In this document: positions 48,319-60,156 of the stretch, one piece after another
Layout: each line of letters opens with the position of its first letter
Position numbering within the stretch: position 1 is the first letter of the stretch
Assembly (NCBI GenBank): GCA_045159875.1
Contig: CP067995.1
Location: 512,001 to 576,000 of the forward strand
Origin: a cyanobacterium endosymbiont of Rhopalodia gibba
Lineage (GTDB): Bacteria > Cyanobacteriota > Cyanobacteriia > Cyanobacteriales > Microcystaceae
DNA: 64,000 nucleotides
Direction: 5' to 3'
The notes under the pieces: generated by a model
The model's input: the letters and a program-made list of their open reading frames with translations, nothing else
Database searches by the model: none
What the model was told of the DNA's origin: nothing
Position numbers and translations under genes: made by a program

Positions 48319-48762
48319 TTAACTTTTCCTAATCGTATAATTTTAAGTTGAAACTCTCCTCTAAAAGTTTATTAGAAAGGCCATATGGTAATTATTAATT
48401 TTAGGTTAAGATCTTTGTGTAAAAAAATTAACATTTTTTTGATTCTTAAATCGTGTATTAAAACACTAAGTTTGTTAGTCACAAAAATTAACTTTGTCGG
48501 TTACTTAACGAATTGCAACTGATTTCTCCTCAAAATTAAAGCTGTAAGTAACCTACCCTACGAAATATATTTTTTTATCACTATACAAACGAGAAATCTG
48601 TAAAATTAACACATATGTACAGTTGGTAAATGTGTCAGTTTTAAATTTATAGAATCCTATGGTTTTCTAGTAATGATTCTTTATGGGAAATCACTACTAA
48701 CGATTACGAATCGTCACATATATAATAAAACTTATACATTTGAGTATTAATTTCCATCGGTT

Positions 48763-48850
48763 ATGGTCAGTCTTGAATTTTCTTGGCTTACAGTCATTAT
48801 CTTGATTTCCCTACTGGCAGCTTTAGCCATCCCCTATCATGCCTGATAAA
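48763..48850 (+). pseudogene. ndhD: N-terminal stub of an NdhD (NDH-1 subunit 4) paralog
   Basis: MVSLEFSWLTVIILISLLAALAIP/IMPDK resembles the NdhD1/2 start FPWLT.II.LP..AAL.IP.IPDK; the rest is missing. Confidence 0.65.
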
Positions 48851-49096
48851 TAAATAATTTTCAGGTTAATAGTAAAATCTGATATTTTTCGCTTTTTCAA
48901 TTTTATTAGCTGGATTTTTAGGCAGTTTGATATCTAACGATCGCTTTTTGTTCAACATTTTTCTACTTTATACTTAGTTTAAGCCCATATACCTGAATAT
49001 CACTTAGATACTCAGATGAAGTTTTAAACTCTTTGAGCATAACAATTAATTAATATCACAAGCTAAGAACAATACTTAGCTTGTTTTCCGTTTAAA

Positions 49097-49323
49097 CTAA
49101 CTAAAACTAACATTGGAATTTAAGATAATGCAATTACCTCCATTCTCTGGATCTGGGAATTGGCACTGAAAAGGAACCAGAGATATGTAATTAAGTCCAC
49201 CAGGGTCAGAAGACAAGTTATTTTCTGCCTGTTTCTGGGTTATAAAATAACGGTTACTGTCAAGACAATACCCGTCCAGAACAATGTTTTACTTCGAGCA
49301 GGACACAGTCCAAAAAGTTTCAT
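49097..49323 (-). pseudogene. Possible frameshifted small exported Cys-loop peptide gene
   Basis: AGGAG RBS; MKLFGLCPARSKTLFWTGIVLTVTVIL*; the alternate frame continues ITQKQAENNLSSDPGGLNYISLVPFQCQFPDPENGGNCIIL. Confidence 0.35.
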
Positions 49324-49791
49324 TGTTTAAGTCTCCTATTGTTTAACCCACTTAGAACATTCCCATTCTTTGGTAATAACATTCACTCCATACTAATTCT
49401 ATTTGAAATAAAATCCACTGTATCTGAAATTATGTTTAAGAAATTATAGAATATTTATTATTTAACAAAGCTTATCTTCTAGAAGCTAGTTTTATTTCCA
49501 TAGATAATCTTGGTGTCATGACAAAGTAACAGAGAGGTAGATACAAAATTAAAGCTTCTAAATTTTTTCTCTATTTCAACTCAGAAAACCCTAGCTAAGA
49601 TAATTATAGATTCAATTTAATGATATTAATTTAGTTAAGAAACTAAAACTATGAGCTTAGAAATTTTAAATGCAATCTAAAAAAACGAATATTTTTACTA
49701 GAGAATAATACAAGATTAATGTATAAAGTATTTAAAGACTACAAAAAACTGATAAAAAATAGGTAATCAGTAAATTTTTTATAACTTCAAC

Positions 49792-52131
49792 ATGACTATT
49801 TTGTTAGACTTAGACCTTTCAGAAAAACTACAACAACTCCGCAATAGTTTGCGCCCCGGGCAAAAACAGTTAGCAGATTGGGAAAGGGGAGAAATGGCAA
49901 TATCTGCCGTTCCTGGAGCAGGTAAATCTCATAGTTTGGCAGTAGCGGCGACTATCATTATCGGACGCTATAAATTACACTCTAAAAAACAACTTATCAT
50001 CGTTACTTATACCCGTTCTGCGACGGCTGGCATTAAAGCTAAAATTAAAAAATATTTGAAGAAATTACAATTATCTCAAACAGGTTTTACGGTACAAACT
50101 TTACATAGTTTAGCACTTAATATTGCTAGTCGCAATCCTCAGTTATCTCAGCTCAACTTAGACACCGCTACCATTGTTGTTCCTACTCCCAGTCATCGTA
50201 TTATTCGGACTTCCGTAGAAGAGTGGATTAATGCTAACCCTGACCACTATCAAATTTTATTACAAGGATTCCAATTTGATGGAGAAGAAACAGAAAAACT
50301 ACGTCGTCAATCGGTATTACGTACTGAAGTTTTACCTAAACTAGCTCACGTTATTATCCGTGAAGCTAAAAGTTCAGGATTTTCTCCCCAAGAGGTAGCA
50401 CGATTCAGTGAATACTCGGCAGATCATTACAATATTTTAGGAATAGGAGCGGGATTATATAAACAGTATGAAAAAGTGATGCAATCACTCGATTTTATTG
50501 ATTATGACGACATAACCTTAGCATCTTTACGGGCTTTAGAAAATACAAATATTCGTAATCGTTGGCAACAAGAAACTTTTGCCGTTTTTGAAGATGAAGC
50601 TCAAGATTCTAGCCCCCTTCAAGAAAAATTAATTAACTTATTAGCTCAAGATTCCAACCATTCTGACAATCCCCCCAATTTAATTCGAGTCGGTGATCCT
50701 AATCAAGCGATTAATTCTACTTTTACTCCTGCTGATCCTGTTTATTTTAATCGGTTTTGTAAACACTGTGAAGATCAAAATAATTTAGCCATTATGAATC
50801 AAGCTGGACGTAGCAGTAAAGTTATTATTGATGCAGCTAACTTTACTCTAAGGTGGGTTAATAGTCAATGGATCAATAAAATAAAAAATAGTCAAAAAAT
50901 TGAGTCAAATAAAACCTCTTTTGATTTAACTAAAGAACATATCCCTTTTCGTCAACAGGATATTCATATAGTAAAAAAAAATGATCTTCAGCTTAACCCT
51001 AAATCTGTGGGAAAAGGGTTAGAAATTTATACACCAAAAGATATATATACAACCGTTAAATTAATAGAGAAAAGAGTTATCAAACTTTTTGAAAACAACC
51101 CTGAACATAGTTCAGCTATTTTAGTCAGAGAAAACCGTCAAAGTCGATTTTTAGTAGAAAATCTAGCTCATTTAAGCAAAGCTCACGGAATTAAAATATA
51201 TGAAGTGGGAGAAGTAGAGCGATTCTCTAAAATTCCTGAAGAAATACTTAAAATACTACGATTCATTGATCGTCCTCATTCCGCAGAATATTTAAAATCA
51301 GCCTTAGAAATTTTAGAAAAACGAGATTTAATTGCGACCCAAGATCTCAATACATTAGTTACCTATCCCGAAAATTTTCTTTATCCTAATCCCTTAATTA
51401 AGGAACAAAAACAAGAAGTATTACAAGCGCGTCATTACTGTTGTAATCTTTTACGGGCCAAATTAGAGTTACCATCCTACCAACTGATCCCATTTTTAGG
51501 AATGACTCTTAAATATACAGGCTCAGAATTAGCTACAGTTCAAAAACTTTCTGATCGCATTAACCGACAAATCATAGAGAATAATTCCTTAAAAGCAACC
51601 ATCAAAACCCTTCAAGAAATTGTTAGTGTTGAAGGATTTGAAGGAGTAGAAGAAGACAATGAGGAGCGTTATACCAAAGCTAACCAATTGACAATCATTA
51701 CTATGCACAAAGCCAAAGGATTAGATTGGGATTATGTTTTTATTCCTTTCCTACATAAAGATGTTTTACCTGGTAATCCTTGGGTTCCTACTGCGGCTAA
51801 ATTTTTAGGAGATTTTGCTTTTGCAGAAGTCGCCCGCGCTCAAATCCGAGCAGTAGTCCACAGCCAACATATCACCCAGGGATTAATCAGGGAAATACCT
51901 GAACCTAAGAAAGCTTGGGAAGAAGCGGCACAACTAAAAAAAGCTGAGGAATATCGCTTACTTTATGTAGCAATGACAAGAGCAAAACGCTTATTATGGA
52001 TGTCTGCTGCTCATTTGGGACCCTTTCGTTGGAATGTTTTTCAAGGGAATAAAACAATCAATCTACAACCCAAAATTCCTTGTCCCATTATACCAATTTT
52101 GAAGGAACAATTTCCTGAGTCAATTATGTAG
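49792..52131 (+). CDS. UvrD/REP family ATP-dependent helicase
   Basis: AVPGAGKS, EDEAQDS, VGDPNQAI, TMHKAKGLDW and RLLYVAMTRAK motifs. Confidence 0.95.
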   Translation: MTILLDLDLSEKLQQLRNSLRPGQKQLADWERGEMAISAVPGAGKSHSLAVAATIIIGRYKLHSKKQLIIVTYTRSATAGIKAKIKKYLKKLQLSQTGFTVQTLHSLALNIASRNPQLSQLNLDTATIVVPTPSHRIIRTSVEEWINANPDHYQILLQGFQFDGEETEKLRRQSVLRTEVLPKLAHVIIREAKSSGFSPQEVARFSEYSADHYNILGIGAGLYKQYEKVMQSLDFIDYDDITLASLRALENTNIRNRWQQETFAVFEDEAQDSSPLQEKLINLLAQDSNHSDNPPNLIRVGDPNQAINSTFTPADPVYFNRFCKHCEDQNNLAIMNQAGRSSKVIIDAANFTLRWVNSQWINKIKNSQKIESNKTSFDLTKEHIPFRQQDIHIVKKNDLQLNPKSVGKGLEIYTPKDIYTTVKLIEKRVIKLFENNPEHSSAILVRENRQSRFLVENLAHLSKAHGIKIYEVGEVERFSKIPEEILKILRFIDRPHSAEYLKSALEILEKRDLIATQDLNTLVTYPENFLYPNPLIKEQKQEVLQARHYCCNLLRAKLELPSYQLIPFLGMTLKYTGSELATVQKLSDRINRQIIENNSLKATIKTLQEIVSVEGFEGVEEDNEERYTKANQLTIITMHKAKGLDWDYVFIPFLHKDVLPGNPWVPTAAKFLGDFAFAEVARAQIRAVVHSQHITQGLIREIPEPKKAWEEAAQLKKAEEYRLLYVAMTRAKRLLWMSAAHLGPFRWNVFQGNKTINLQPKIPCPIIPILKEQFPESIM

Positions 52132-52244
52132 ATATTTACCAAGTTTAGATTCTTTACATCTATCAACCATTATGATGCTCAAATTGTCTATAGCTCTACA
52201 CAAATACGTTAAGATATTTCTTGGGAAGCAGAAATTATAAGGAT

Positions 52245-53336
52245 TTATTTAGGTTCTGAGAGGGTGCTCGCTTGTCCTTGAGCCTGCAATTTAGGAATTA
52301 AATAAAGATTTTGCAGTAAAACTCCTGCACCAGCTACCCAAGGAGGAACAATTAATGCCCCCAAAATTCCCAGAATTTGAACTCCACTCAAGACCGCCAA
52401 TAATTGGTATAAAGGAGAAACATTTACCGAAGATCCCACTAACAAAGGATCAAGCACATAGGTTTCCAGATTTTGAATAAATAAAAATAGCAACAGAACC
52501 CAAAGAAACACCCACCCCCCTTGAGCGATTGCTACAATTAAGGCAGGAATTGAGCCTAAGACTGGACCGAAAAAAGGGATTAAATTAGTAATTCCAGCAA
52601 TAGTTCCTAAACCTAGAGCAAACTCGGAAATCCCTAGGAATCTTAGTCCTAAACTAATAGCTGACCCCAAAATAAATGAGATTAAAAGCCTCCCTTGAAT
52701 ATAACCTCCCATCCGTTGACTAATCGGAACTACCTGAGCTTCTAAACGTTTATCCCAAGGGTGGGGAAATAAATTGACAATGCCCCCAATTAATTTTTTT
52801 GACCCTGATAACATATAACCCGAGAGCAACACGGCTAGAATTACGTTGAAAACTCCCCCCAAAATGCCTCGCGTAACACCACCCACACCGATGAGGAATT
52901 TTTGACTGTAGCTCAATGTCCAAGAAACTAGAGACTGAAGATCTAACAGTTGGTTAATGAAGTCGAGAACTTCAGGTTGAGTAAAACCCCGTATAGTAGC
53001 CCAATTTTGGAATTCCGTGCCTAAAATATCTAAATATCCAGGTAATTTCTGTAATAAACGTTGAATTTGGGCGATAATTGTTGGACCTAGGATTAAACTA
53101 ATCCCAGTTATCAAGGTTAATAAGCCTAAATAGACAATAATCACAGCTAGCCAGGGGGGAATCCCTCGTTTTTCCCAACTTTTTACCAAAGGAGCTAGAG
53201 TAGAAGCAATAACTACAGCGATCATCAAAATTACCAAAAGATTTCGCAGTTGCCATAGTATGGTCAATAGAAAACCAGATCCTACTAGCATTAGTAAGCT
53301 AGACGGAGAGATAGAAATTAGTCGCTTAGGTATCAT
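52245..53336 (-). CDS. AI-2E family transporter
   Basis: Multi-TM protein with YIQGR, NLIPFFGP and QNLETYVLDPLLVG motifs. Confidence 0.9.
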   Translation of the reverse strand: MIPKRLISISPSSLLMLVGSGFLLTILWQLRNLLVILMIAVVIASTLAPLVKSWEKRGIPPWLAVIIVYLGLLTLITGISLILGPTIIAQIQRLLQKLPGYLDILGTEFQNWATIRGFTQPEVLDFINQLLDLQSLVSWTLSYSQKFLIGVGGVTRGILGGVFNVILAVLLSGYMLSGSKKLIGGIVNLFPHPWDKRLEAQVVPISQRMGGYIQGRLLISFILGSAISLGLRFLGISEFALGLGTIAGITNLIPFFGPVLGSIPALIVAIAQGGWVFLWVLLLFLFIQNLETYVLDPLLVGSSVNVSPLYQLLAVLSGVQILGILGALIVPPWVAGAGVLLQNLYLIPKLQAQGQASTLSEPK

Positions 53337-54800
53337 AGTTTTATTAAACTCAAATTGGTTTATAAGAAGCTAGTTAGGGATTCCAAGCCACGACTATGGA
53401 TAATCTCGCCATAATTATCTCATTGTTGTTGTGACCAGTAATGGTTTTCCGTCGTTGCTTCTTGAGTTTTTTCTATAAACCGACGGCGAATTCGTTACGT
53501 TAATATTTAGTCTATTATCTAGAGATAAATATTTTATCATCTAGCCACTTTACATGAACTACATTACCAATTAAAGGAGTTATAACAGCCGTGTCTTTCA
53601 ACCATTGCTGTGCTTCTTGGTACTTAATAAAATAAGGAAGCATTCCATAGGCTTTATTTCTTATCTAAAACAATTCTCCTCCTACTCTAAATTGAGTGAT
53701 TATCATTTACAGTATTAGCTGGATGATGGATGAACATAATAAAGACACTTTAACAGGTTTTTAAGATTAGATAAACTGACTAATTGTTTAATAACTGATA
53801 GAAGGGCTGCCTTTTCCAATCCTTACATTGTCAATATTAATCAGATAGTCTCATTTATGGTACAAAGAGCCTAAGGTTAAAAGACTATGAAAAAAATAAC
53901 CGATAGATATAGATGGTTGGTATTAAAAGAAGTTGAAACAATCTCGTATTAATTATTTAATCTAAAATCTTTTTAAATTTCATTATTAGTTACTGTCGCT
54001 ATTTACTGTCATTGAAAATATTTAGTTTTTAATTTCTCTATAATAGACTCATAAATATTGTTAAGAGAACGGCAACGGCTCCCTGTTTAACTGTAATATT
54101 AAGGGTTTGCCCATTCACCTAATTTTTTAGTCTTATAAATAACCTGAAAAACGCCTGAATTAATTTTAGCCGCTGCTATCATTGACTTTGTTTTAAACTT
54201 TTGATTTTCTAGACTATTAAAATTTTTAAGTTCTTTTCTGTTCTCATTTTCCATAAGTAGTCTCTGGTTGTATCTGAGCATAACAATTGTCCTTGATATA
54301 ATTGAACTCTTTTTCTAGATTCACACAACGATTGTTTATCTTGATCAATTCTGGCAGTAAAAAATTTATTAATGCTATTTGCAATTGATACCAAGAAATA
54401 GAAAGGTGGCTTCCCTCATACTGATTCAAACAAGTTTTAAAGTCTAAATAAATCTTACTAATAATTTCTCCTTAAAGGTTTTTAAAATATCAGGTTTTTT
54501 TTAGGTTGAGATTTTCTACTTGATAGAATTTACAAATTTTATCGATAACTCAAATATTATTTACACCCAGTTTTTATAAACTAATAGCTGTTGCTGATCT
54601 CACGGGTACAAATATGAATAATTAAAACATCATAAATTTTTTCTAATTAAGTATTAGACTTTAAAGTCATATTGATTACTCCCAATTATTTTAGACAGTG
54701 AGATAACTTTTTTAACAGACGGATTTTCTAATAAGATAAAAAAGTTTATTTTTAACTTGAATATTCCTATCTTTCTCCTCATTTTAATTATCAATTCTTA

Positions 54801-55349
54801 TTAGTTATCAATTTTTACGGCTCCAGCACGGCAATCTCGTAACCATAAACGAATACCTTGCCCAATTGGCCCATTACTAGCGTCTTCAGGAGGGAGGGGA
54901 AGACCTCCGTCATTAAGAGACGCTAATTGGGAGAATAATATCACTGATCGCCATCCTTTCTCTGTTTGAGTTAGAAATAGCCAATAATAATTTTCTAGAT
55001 TAACCAGACTTTCTTCGCCATATTGGCGTTCTAAGGTGGTAAAAAAGACTTGTTGAGCTGTATCTTCAAGAACAGGTTGATATTGCAGATTAGTCAGGGG
55101 TAACGGCTCAAATTCTGGCCTCCCTGCTACTAAAATATATAAGGATGAAGGAAAAGGGCGAGCACGTAATCTTTCTCGTTGAATCACCCTGTTGGCATAA
55201 CTGGGTAAATCTTTCAACATCAACTCAGTCAACCTTTGGAGATCGGATGGGCAAGAGGTTGACTTAGGACTGTTCTGAGAATAAACCTCTGATAATTGGC
55301 TTAAACAACCTACTGTCATCGACAGTCCTATCAATGTTTGTTTTATCAT
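54801..55349 (-). CDS. Conserved cyanobacterial exported hypothetical protein, translationally coupled to pyrF
   Basis: [31 protein letters not shown]; start overlaps the pyrF stop (ATGA). Confidence 0.8.
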   Translation of the reverse strand: MIKQTLIGLSMTVGCLSQLSEVYSQNSPKSTSCPSDLQRLTELMLKDLPSYANRVIQRERLRARPFPSSLYILVAGRPEFEPLPLTNLQYQPVLEDTAQQVFFTTLERQYGEESLVNLENYYWLFLTQTEKGWRSVILFSQLASLNDGGLPLPPEDASNGPIGQGIRLWLRDCRAGAVKIDN

Positions 55350-56065
55350 ACCATTTCTAATTCTTCGCAAATTTTCTCCCATGCTGCTATTGGATCATTT
55401 GCCATTGTAATAGGACGGCCAATAACTAAATAATCTGCCCCCGCTTTTATTGCCTCCGAAGGAGTCATTACCCTTCGCTGATCTCCATTATCAAACCAAC
55501 TTGGTCGTATCCCTGGACAAACCAGCAAAAAATCGTCCCCACATATCTGCCGTAGTTGACTCACTTCCCTAGGAGAACACACTGCTCCATTGGCACCAAA
55601 TTTTTGAGCAAAAATAGTCATTTGTAGGATATATTTTGGTAGATCTAGGGAAACTTTGAGGTCAAAAGCTAACTCTCGTGAATTTAAACTAGTCAGCAAA
55701 GTTATAGCTAATAATTGGGGACGAGATGCAGTATTACTAATAGCCTTTGTAGCTGCTTGTAGGGCGGTTTGTCCGGCTGTGGCATGGAGGGTAAGAAAAT
55801 CCACCCCATATTCACTAGCACTACGACAAGCTCCCGCTACAGTGTTAGGAATATCATGGAATTTGAGGTCTAGAAAAATGCGTTTTTTTCGTTCTTTGAG
55901 AATAGTCAGAATATTTGGTCCAGTAGCTGTAAACAATTCTAGTCCTACTTTCCAAAAACTGACTTGAGGCAACTTATCTAAAAGCGTGATCGCCTCAGTT
56001 AAATTGGGAACATCTAGGGAAACAATAACCTGATTAGCCAGTGACATTATGTTAGATGACGTCAA
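55346..56065 (-). CDS. pyrF: Orotidine-5'-phosphate decarboxylase
   Basis: [27 protein letters not shown] and VIGRPI motifs. Confidence 0.98.
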   Translation of the reverse strand: MTSSNIMSLANQVIVSLDVPNLTEAITLLDKLPQVSFWKVGLELFTATGPNILTILKERKKRIFLDLKFHDIPNTVAGACRSASEYGVDFLTLHATAGQTALQAATKAISNTASRPQLLAITLLTSLNSRELAFDLKVSLDLPKYILQMTIFAQKFGANGAVCSPREVSQLRQICGDDFLLVCPGIRPSWFDNGDQRRVMTPSEAIKAGADYLVIGRPITMANDPIAAWEKICEELEMV

Positions 56066-56978
56066 TATAATTAATATACTAATCTTAAAAGTTGTGAATT
56101 GTCGTTTACAATTCTCTTCCTTTCCTTACAATCTAACTTAGATAAGTGGTTCTAAATAAACAGATAAAAACTAATAATTTTGTGTCTCCATACTCTAAGC
56201 ACTTAGAATTAAACTATTATTGTTCTAATAGATATTTTTTATGGCAACTATTTTGTCTAGATTGTCTCTAAACATCCTTCCATCAATTTTATTGGCTTTC
56301 GTTTAATGCCACTCCTATTAGATTAGATCTATTCCTAGATTATGAGTTGTTAGACAACATAGATACAACATTTTTTCTTCTCATTGTTTCAGTTTAATTC
56401 TAGCTCAACTACTTGTATGCACTAAGTAATTATCAAGAATGATTATCTTATCTATTCCTTGCTATTGATAAAATTTTTTAGCTTTGTCTATTTATTTAAA
56501 ATTTTTACAAAATCTTCTTTTTTTTAGCTCTATATTGATGTGAGATGATAAAAAAATATTTATTTTGTATACTTCTATTATGTTTAGTCTTATTCTTGAT
56601 TTTAACTCTGTGGAATTACTTTATTTTTTTCACTTGTCGGAAAATTTTATAATCTCTTTCTTGAATAATTTATTTAGAAATCGTTATTATCATTTTATTT
56701 ATATTAGATAGTAGTTCTACCTAATCTGCAATTTTTGAAATTTTTTTTCCTCTTGGATTTAAACACAAAATTTCTACTCTTGTTATAGGAAAAATTTTTA
56801 GATCGCTAGTCAACTTTTATAGTGCTTCTTCTTCTAATTGTATTATCTGAATTTTTAGGCACACTGACACCTAAAATGATCGTTTGATCGTTTTTTTTAT
56901 TTTTTACTTATTTAAGCTCACTTACTTGGAGGTACCGCGATCGCCTATATTACTACTTGTCCCCGAATAGTTAATCTT

Positions 56979-58112
56979 ATGCGAGTTGCCTTATTCACAG
57001 AGACCTTTTTACCTAAAATTGACGGAATTGTAACCCGTTTGCGTCATACCGTTGAACATTTGCAGCGTAACGGCGATCAAGTATTAGTTTTCTGTCCTGA
57101 TGGAGGTGTCACTGAACACAAAGGAGCCAAAGTTCATGGAGTTAAAGGAATGTCTCTTCCTCTCTACCCAGAATTAAAATTAGCCATCCCTACCCCCACT
57201 GTCGGTAAAGCAATGGAACGATTTAAACCCAATTTAGTTCATGTGGTCAATCCTGCTGTTTTAGGATTAGGGGGAATTTATTATGCTAGAACAATGAATA
57301 TTCCGCTTGTTGCCTCTTATCATACCCATTTACCCCAATATCTACAACATTACGGATTAGGTTCACTAGAAGGGTTACTTTGGGAATTATTAAAATTAGG
57401 ACATAATCAGGCACAATTAAACCTCTGTACCTCAACCGCCATGGTGAATGAATTAGTCACCCATGGTATTGAGCGAGTTGACTTGTGGCAACGGGGGGTA
57501 GATACAGAAATGTTCCAACCCCATTTAAGCTCTCAACAGATGCGATCACGGCTATCACAGGGACACCCTGAATATCCTTTATTGTTGTATGTCGGACGAG
57601 TTTCCCCAGAAAAGCAAATTGAGAACATCAAACCTGTTCTGGAAGCTATTCCTGAGGCTCGTTTAGCTGTTGTCGGGGATGGACCTCATCGAGAGGCGTT
57701 GAAAGCTCATTTTGCAGGGACTAAGACAAATTTTGTAGGTTATCTCCAGGGGTTAGAATTAGCTGCCGCGTTTGCTTCATCAGATGCCTTTATTTTCCCT
57801 TCGAGAACGGAAACCCTAGGTTTAGTCTTATTAGAAGCTATGGCGGCAGGATGTCCCGTGGTAGCTGCTAATTCTGGGGGAATACCCGATATCATTACCG
57901 ATGGGGTTAATGGATATTTATTTGAGCCGGCTGATACTGATGGGGCTATTGTCGCAACTCAACGCTTGTTAGCGGCAAAAGAAGAACGAGAAAAATTACG
58001 AGGAAATGCTCGTCTTGAGGCAGAACGTTGGGGTTGGGGAGCGGCTACTCGCCAGTTACGCGACTATTATCAAAAGATTCTTTATAAAGATTCTTTATCA
58101 ACTGCAGCTTAA
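56979..58112 (+). CDS. sqdX: Sulfoquinovosyldiacylglycerol synthase (GT4 glycosyltransferase)
   Basis: MRVALFTETFLPKIDGIVTRL, SYHTHLP, WQRGVD and ETLGLVLLEAMAAG motifs. Confidence 0.88.
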   Translation: MRVALFTETFLPKIDGIVTRLRHTVEHLQRNGDQVLVFCPDGGVTEHKGAKVHGVKGMSLPLYPELKLAIPTPTVGKAMERFKPNLVHVVNPAVLGLGGIYYARTMNIPLVASYHTHLPQYLQHYGLGSLEGLLWELLKLGHNQAQLNLCTSTAMVNELVTHGIERVDLWQRGVDTEMFQPHLSSQQMRSRLSQGHPEYPLLLYVGRVSPEKQIENIKPVLEAIPEARLAVVGDGPHREALKAHFAGTKTNFVGYLQGLELAAAFASSDAFIFPSRTETLGLVLLEAMAAGCPVVAANSGGIPDIITDGVNGYLFEPADTDGAIVATQRLLAAKEEREKLRGNARLEAERWGWGAATRQLRDYYQKILYKDSLSTAA

Positions 58113-58144
58113 ATCAACTCTAAGTAAATAGAGAAGTTTGAGTA

Positions 58145-58168
58145 AGAGACGTTTGAGCAAACGTCTCT
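58145..58168. terminator. Hairpin between the convergent sqdX and DUF4079 genes
   Basis: AGAGACGTTTG-AG-CAAACGTCTCT. Confidence 0.7.
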
Positions 58169-58213
58169 ACAAAGCTTATTCAACACAAAAAAAATTAAAT
58201 TCATAAAAATCAA

Positions 58214-58687
58214 TTAGGACATTTTATCAAGAATTTTCATAAAAATATTCATGCCACTTATTACCTGCCAACCAAACAGACTAACAATAAAAATATTTAA
58301 AGTGATATGGGCATAACGAGCTAATTCATTACCTTTCTGCATGAAAGGGGAAAGGGAAGCAGAAACAGCGATAATTGCAGTTATACTCAATCCAACTAAT
58401 AAATGAGGACCGAAAAACAATTTTCCATTATTAATATATGTAATAGCCATTCCGCCCATGTTACCCATTACCATTAGGGCCAATAGTAATGATCCTAGTT
58501 GATAGTGTCGAGTTTTAAAGTCTTTTAGTAGTAATTCTTTTTTAAGATCTTTATCGGCTGTCCGAGTTCGTCGCCATTGAATGCCTAAATATGAGGTATA
58601 AATGGCTAATCCGAATAATGACCACATTAAAATGGGATGGCTAAACTGTGACCATATTTTAATAGGTTCTGGAATATTTACTGTCAT
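58214..58687 (-). CDS. DUF4079 membrane protein
   Basis: HPILMW, RHYQLGS, NNGKLFFGPHLL and ARYAHI motifs. Confidence 0.85.
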   Translation of the reverse strand: MTVNIPEPIKIWSQFSHPILMWSLFGLAIYTSYLGIQWRRTRTADKDLKKELLLKDFKTRHYQLGSLLLALMVMGNMGGMAITYINNGKLFFGPHLLVGLSITAIIAVSASLSPFMQKGNELARYAHITLNIFIVSLFGWQVISGMNIFMKILDKMS

Positions 58688-58798
58688 GGATGGTTTTTCT
58701 CCCTAAAATGAACACTTTACATAACTTAACTCATTACCTAACCTATCACAATCTGCACGAAAAGTGAGCACAACTAACGGTAATGAAAACAATCTAAA

Positions 58799-59008
58799 TT
58801 AAACACTTAGTTTAAACCCATTAACTGGGACTTCGTCCCAAGAGTCTACGATTCTAAGCGTGGCGCTCCAACCTTCTTCTTTTTGTTGTTCACTTAAGTC
58901 TTTAAGCCAAGTTTTGTGGCATTCTTCTGCTGTTGCTTCATCACAACAAGCAATACAAGAATAAACAATTCCACAGGGATCGATTTGTTCATTAATCCAA
59001 ATTTTCAT
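58799..59008 (-). CDS. Small conserved cyanobacterial Cys-rich hypothetical protein
   Basis: MKIWINEQIDPCGIVYSCIACCDE...WDEVPVN; co-oriented with its neighbours. Confidence 0.75.
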   Translation of the reverse strand: MKIWINEQIDPCGIVYSCIACCDEATAEECHKTWLKDLSEQQKEEGWSATLRIVDSWDEVPVNGFKLSV

Positions 59009-59048
59009 AATGTTTATTCATCTCTATAATTAATTAGTTTATTACCCT

Positions 59049-59723
59049 TCAAGAATCAATTAAATGATGATCGAGGGCGAATCGTACCAATTCAGCGCGG
59101 TTATTAGTTTCGGTTTTTCGAAGTAGGCTGCTAACATATTTTTCTACTGTTCTGGGACTTAAATGTAGTTTCTGCCCAATGTCTCCATTAGATAACCCAG
59201 TTGTCAGTAAGTTAAGGACTTGAACTTCCCGTGGGGTAAAGTGGAGATAATTGGCAAGAGACTGATTTTTGTCCTCTGTTTCTTGAGAAAAATTGTTTTT
59301 TTGTTTTCCAAAAGACTTCCGTTTCGAGAAACCCAATTCAGATTGGATCATTTGGGTTCGTTCTAAAAGATTGCGGACTACTGCCTTGAGTTCTTCCATT
59401 TCAAAGGGTTTAGGAAGATAAACGTCACACCCCACCTCATATCCTTGAATTCGTTCTCCTGTACTATCTCGTTCGGTCAGAAAAATCACTGGTAAAAGAC
59501 GGAATTCTGGTAACTGCCGTATATAGCGAACTAGAGTATAACCATCTTTTTGTGGCATTTTAATATCGGATATTAACAAATGAGGACGATATGCCACTAA
59601 AAGAGACAAGGCTTCTTGTCCATTTTTGGCAGTTATGACAGAATAACTGTAAAGTTCTAAATAATCTTTGACAGCTAATCGAACTCCTGGATCATCATCA
59701 GCTATTAAGATTAATAATGACAT
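59049..59723 (-). CDS. NarL/LuxR-type response regulator (Ycf29-like)
   Basis: Receiver domain (ADDD, SDIKMP, KPF) plus LuxR HTH (TPREVQVL...SPRTVEKYVS). Confidence 0.93.
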   Translation of the reverse strand: MSLLILIADDDPGVRLAVKDYLELYSYSVITAKNGQEALSLLVAYRPHLLISDIKMPQKDGYTLVRYIRQLPEFRLLPVIFLTERDSTGERIQGYEVGCDVYLPKPFEMEELKAVVRNLLERTQMIQSELGFSKRKSFGKQKNNFSQETEDKNQSLANYLHFTPREVQVLNLLTTGLSNGDIGQKLHLSPRTVEKYVSSLLRKTETNNRAELVRFALDHHLIDS

Positions 59724-60156
59724 AGATATAAAGCAGTCTAATCTTTACTCTTACTAACAATTTAGAAGTAGTCAGCTTATAAGGTTATCTTACCATTGGC
59801 AGTGGAGAATCTAGAGAAAAGCTTTGAGGGAACTCGGGCTATGATCTTTGATTGAATCAAAGAAACATTAGATGACTTTAGGCTTCGGGTTTATATTAAA
59901 ACAAGGGCTTGTAGCAAAATTTAAGATACTTTGTTTCGCGTTATGAGTTGGAGAGACTGTAGATCTTATTCAAAAAATAGTACTAGTTCCGACAAATATT
60001 TCATCACCAGATCGACACTAAGCAACCCTACATCAAATTCAGTTATTTTTTCGGGAAAAGAGCAACTAATTAATCTTTTCAGTTGTAAATCAGGAAACAC
60101 TTGCAGATTGTTCTCTAATTGATTGATAATCTATTGATATTAATGGGGAATTAAAC

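Noticed and set aside
53370..54480. Short overlapping minus-strand ORFs (54099-54429) and nearby fragments
   Set aside because: They look like frameshifted debris; no transposase or other identity is supportable.
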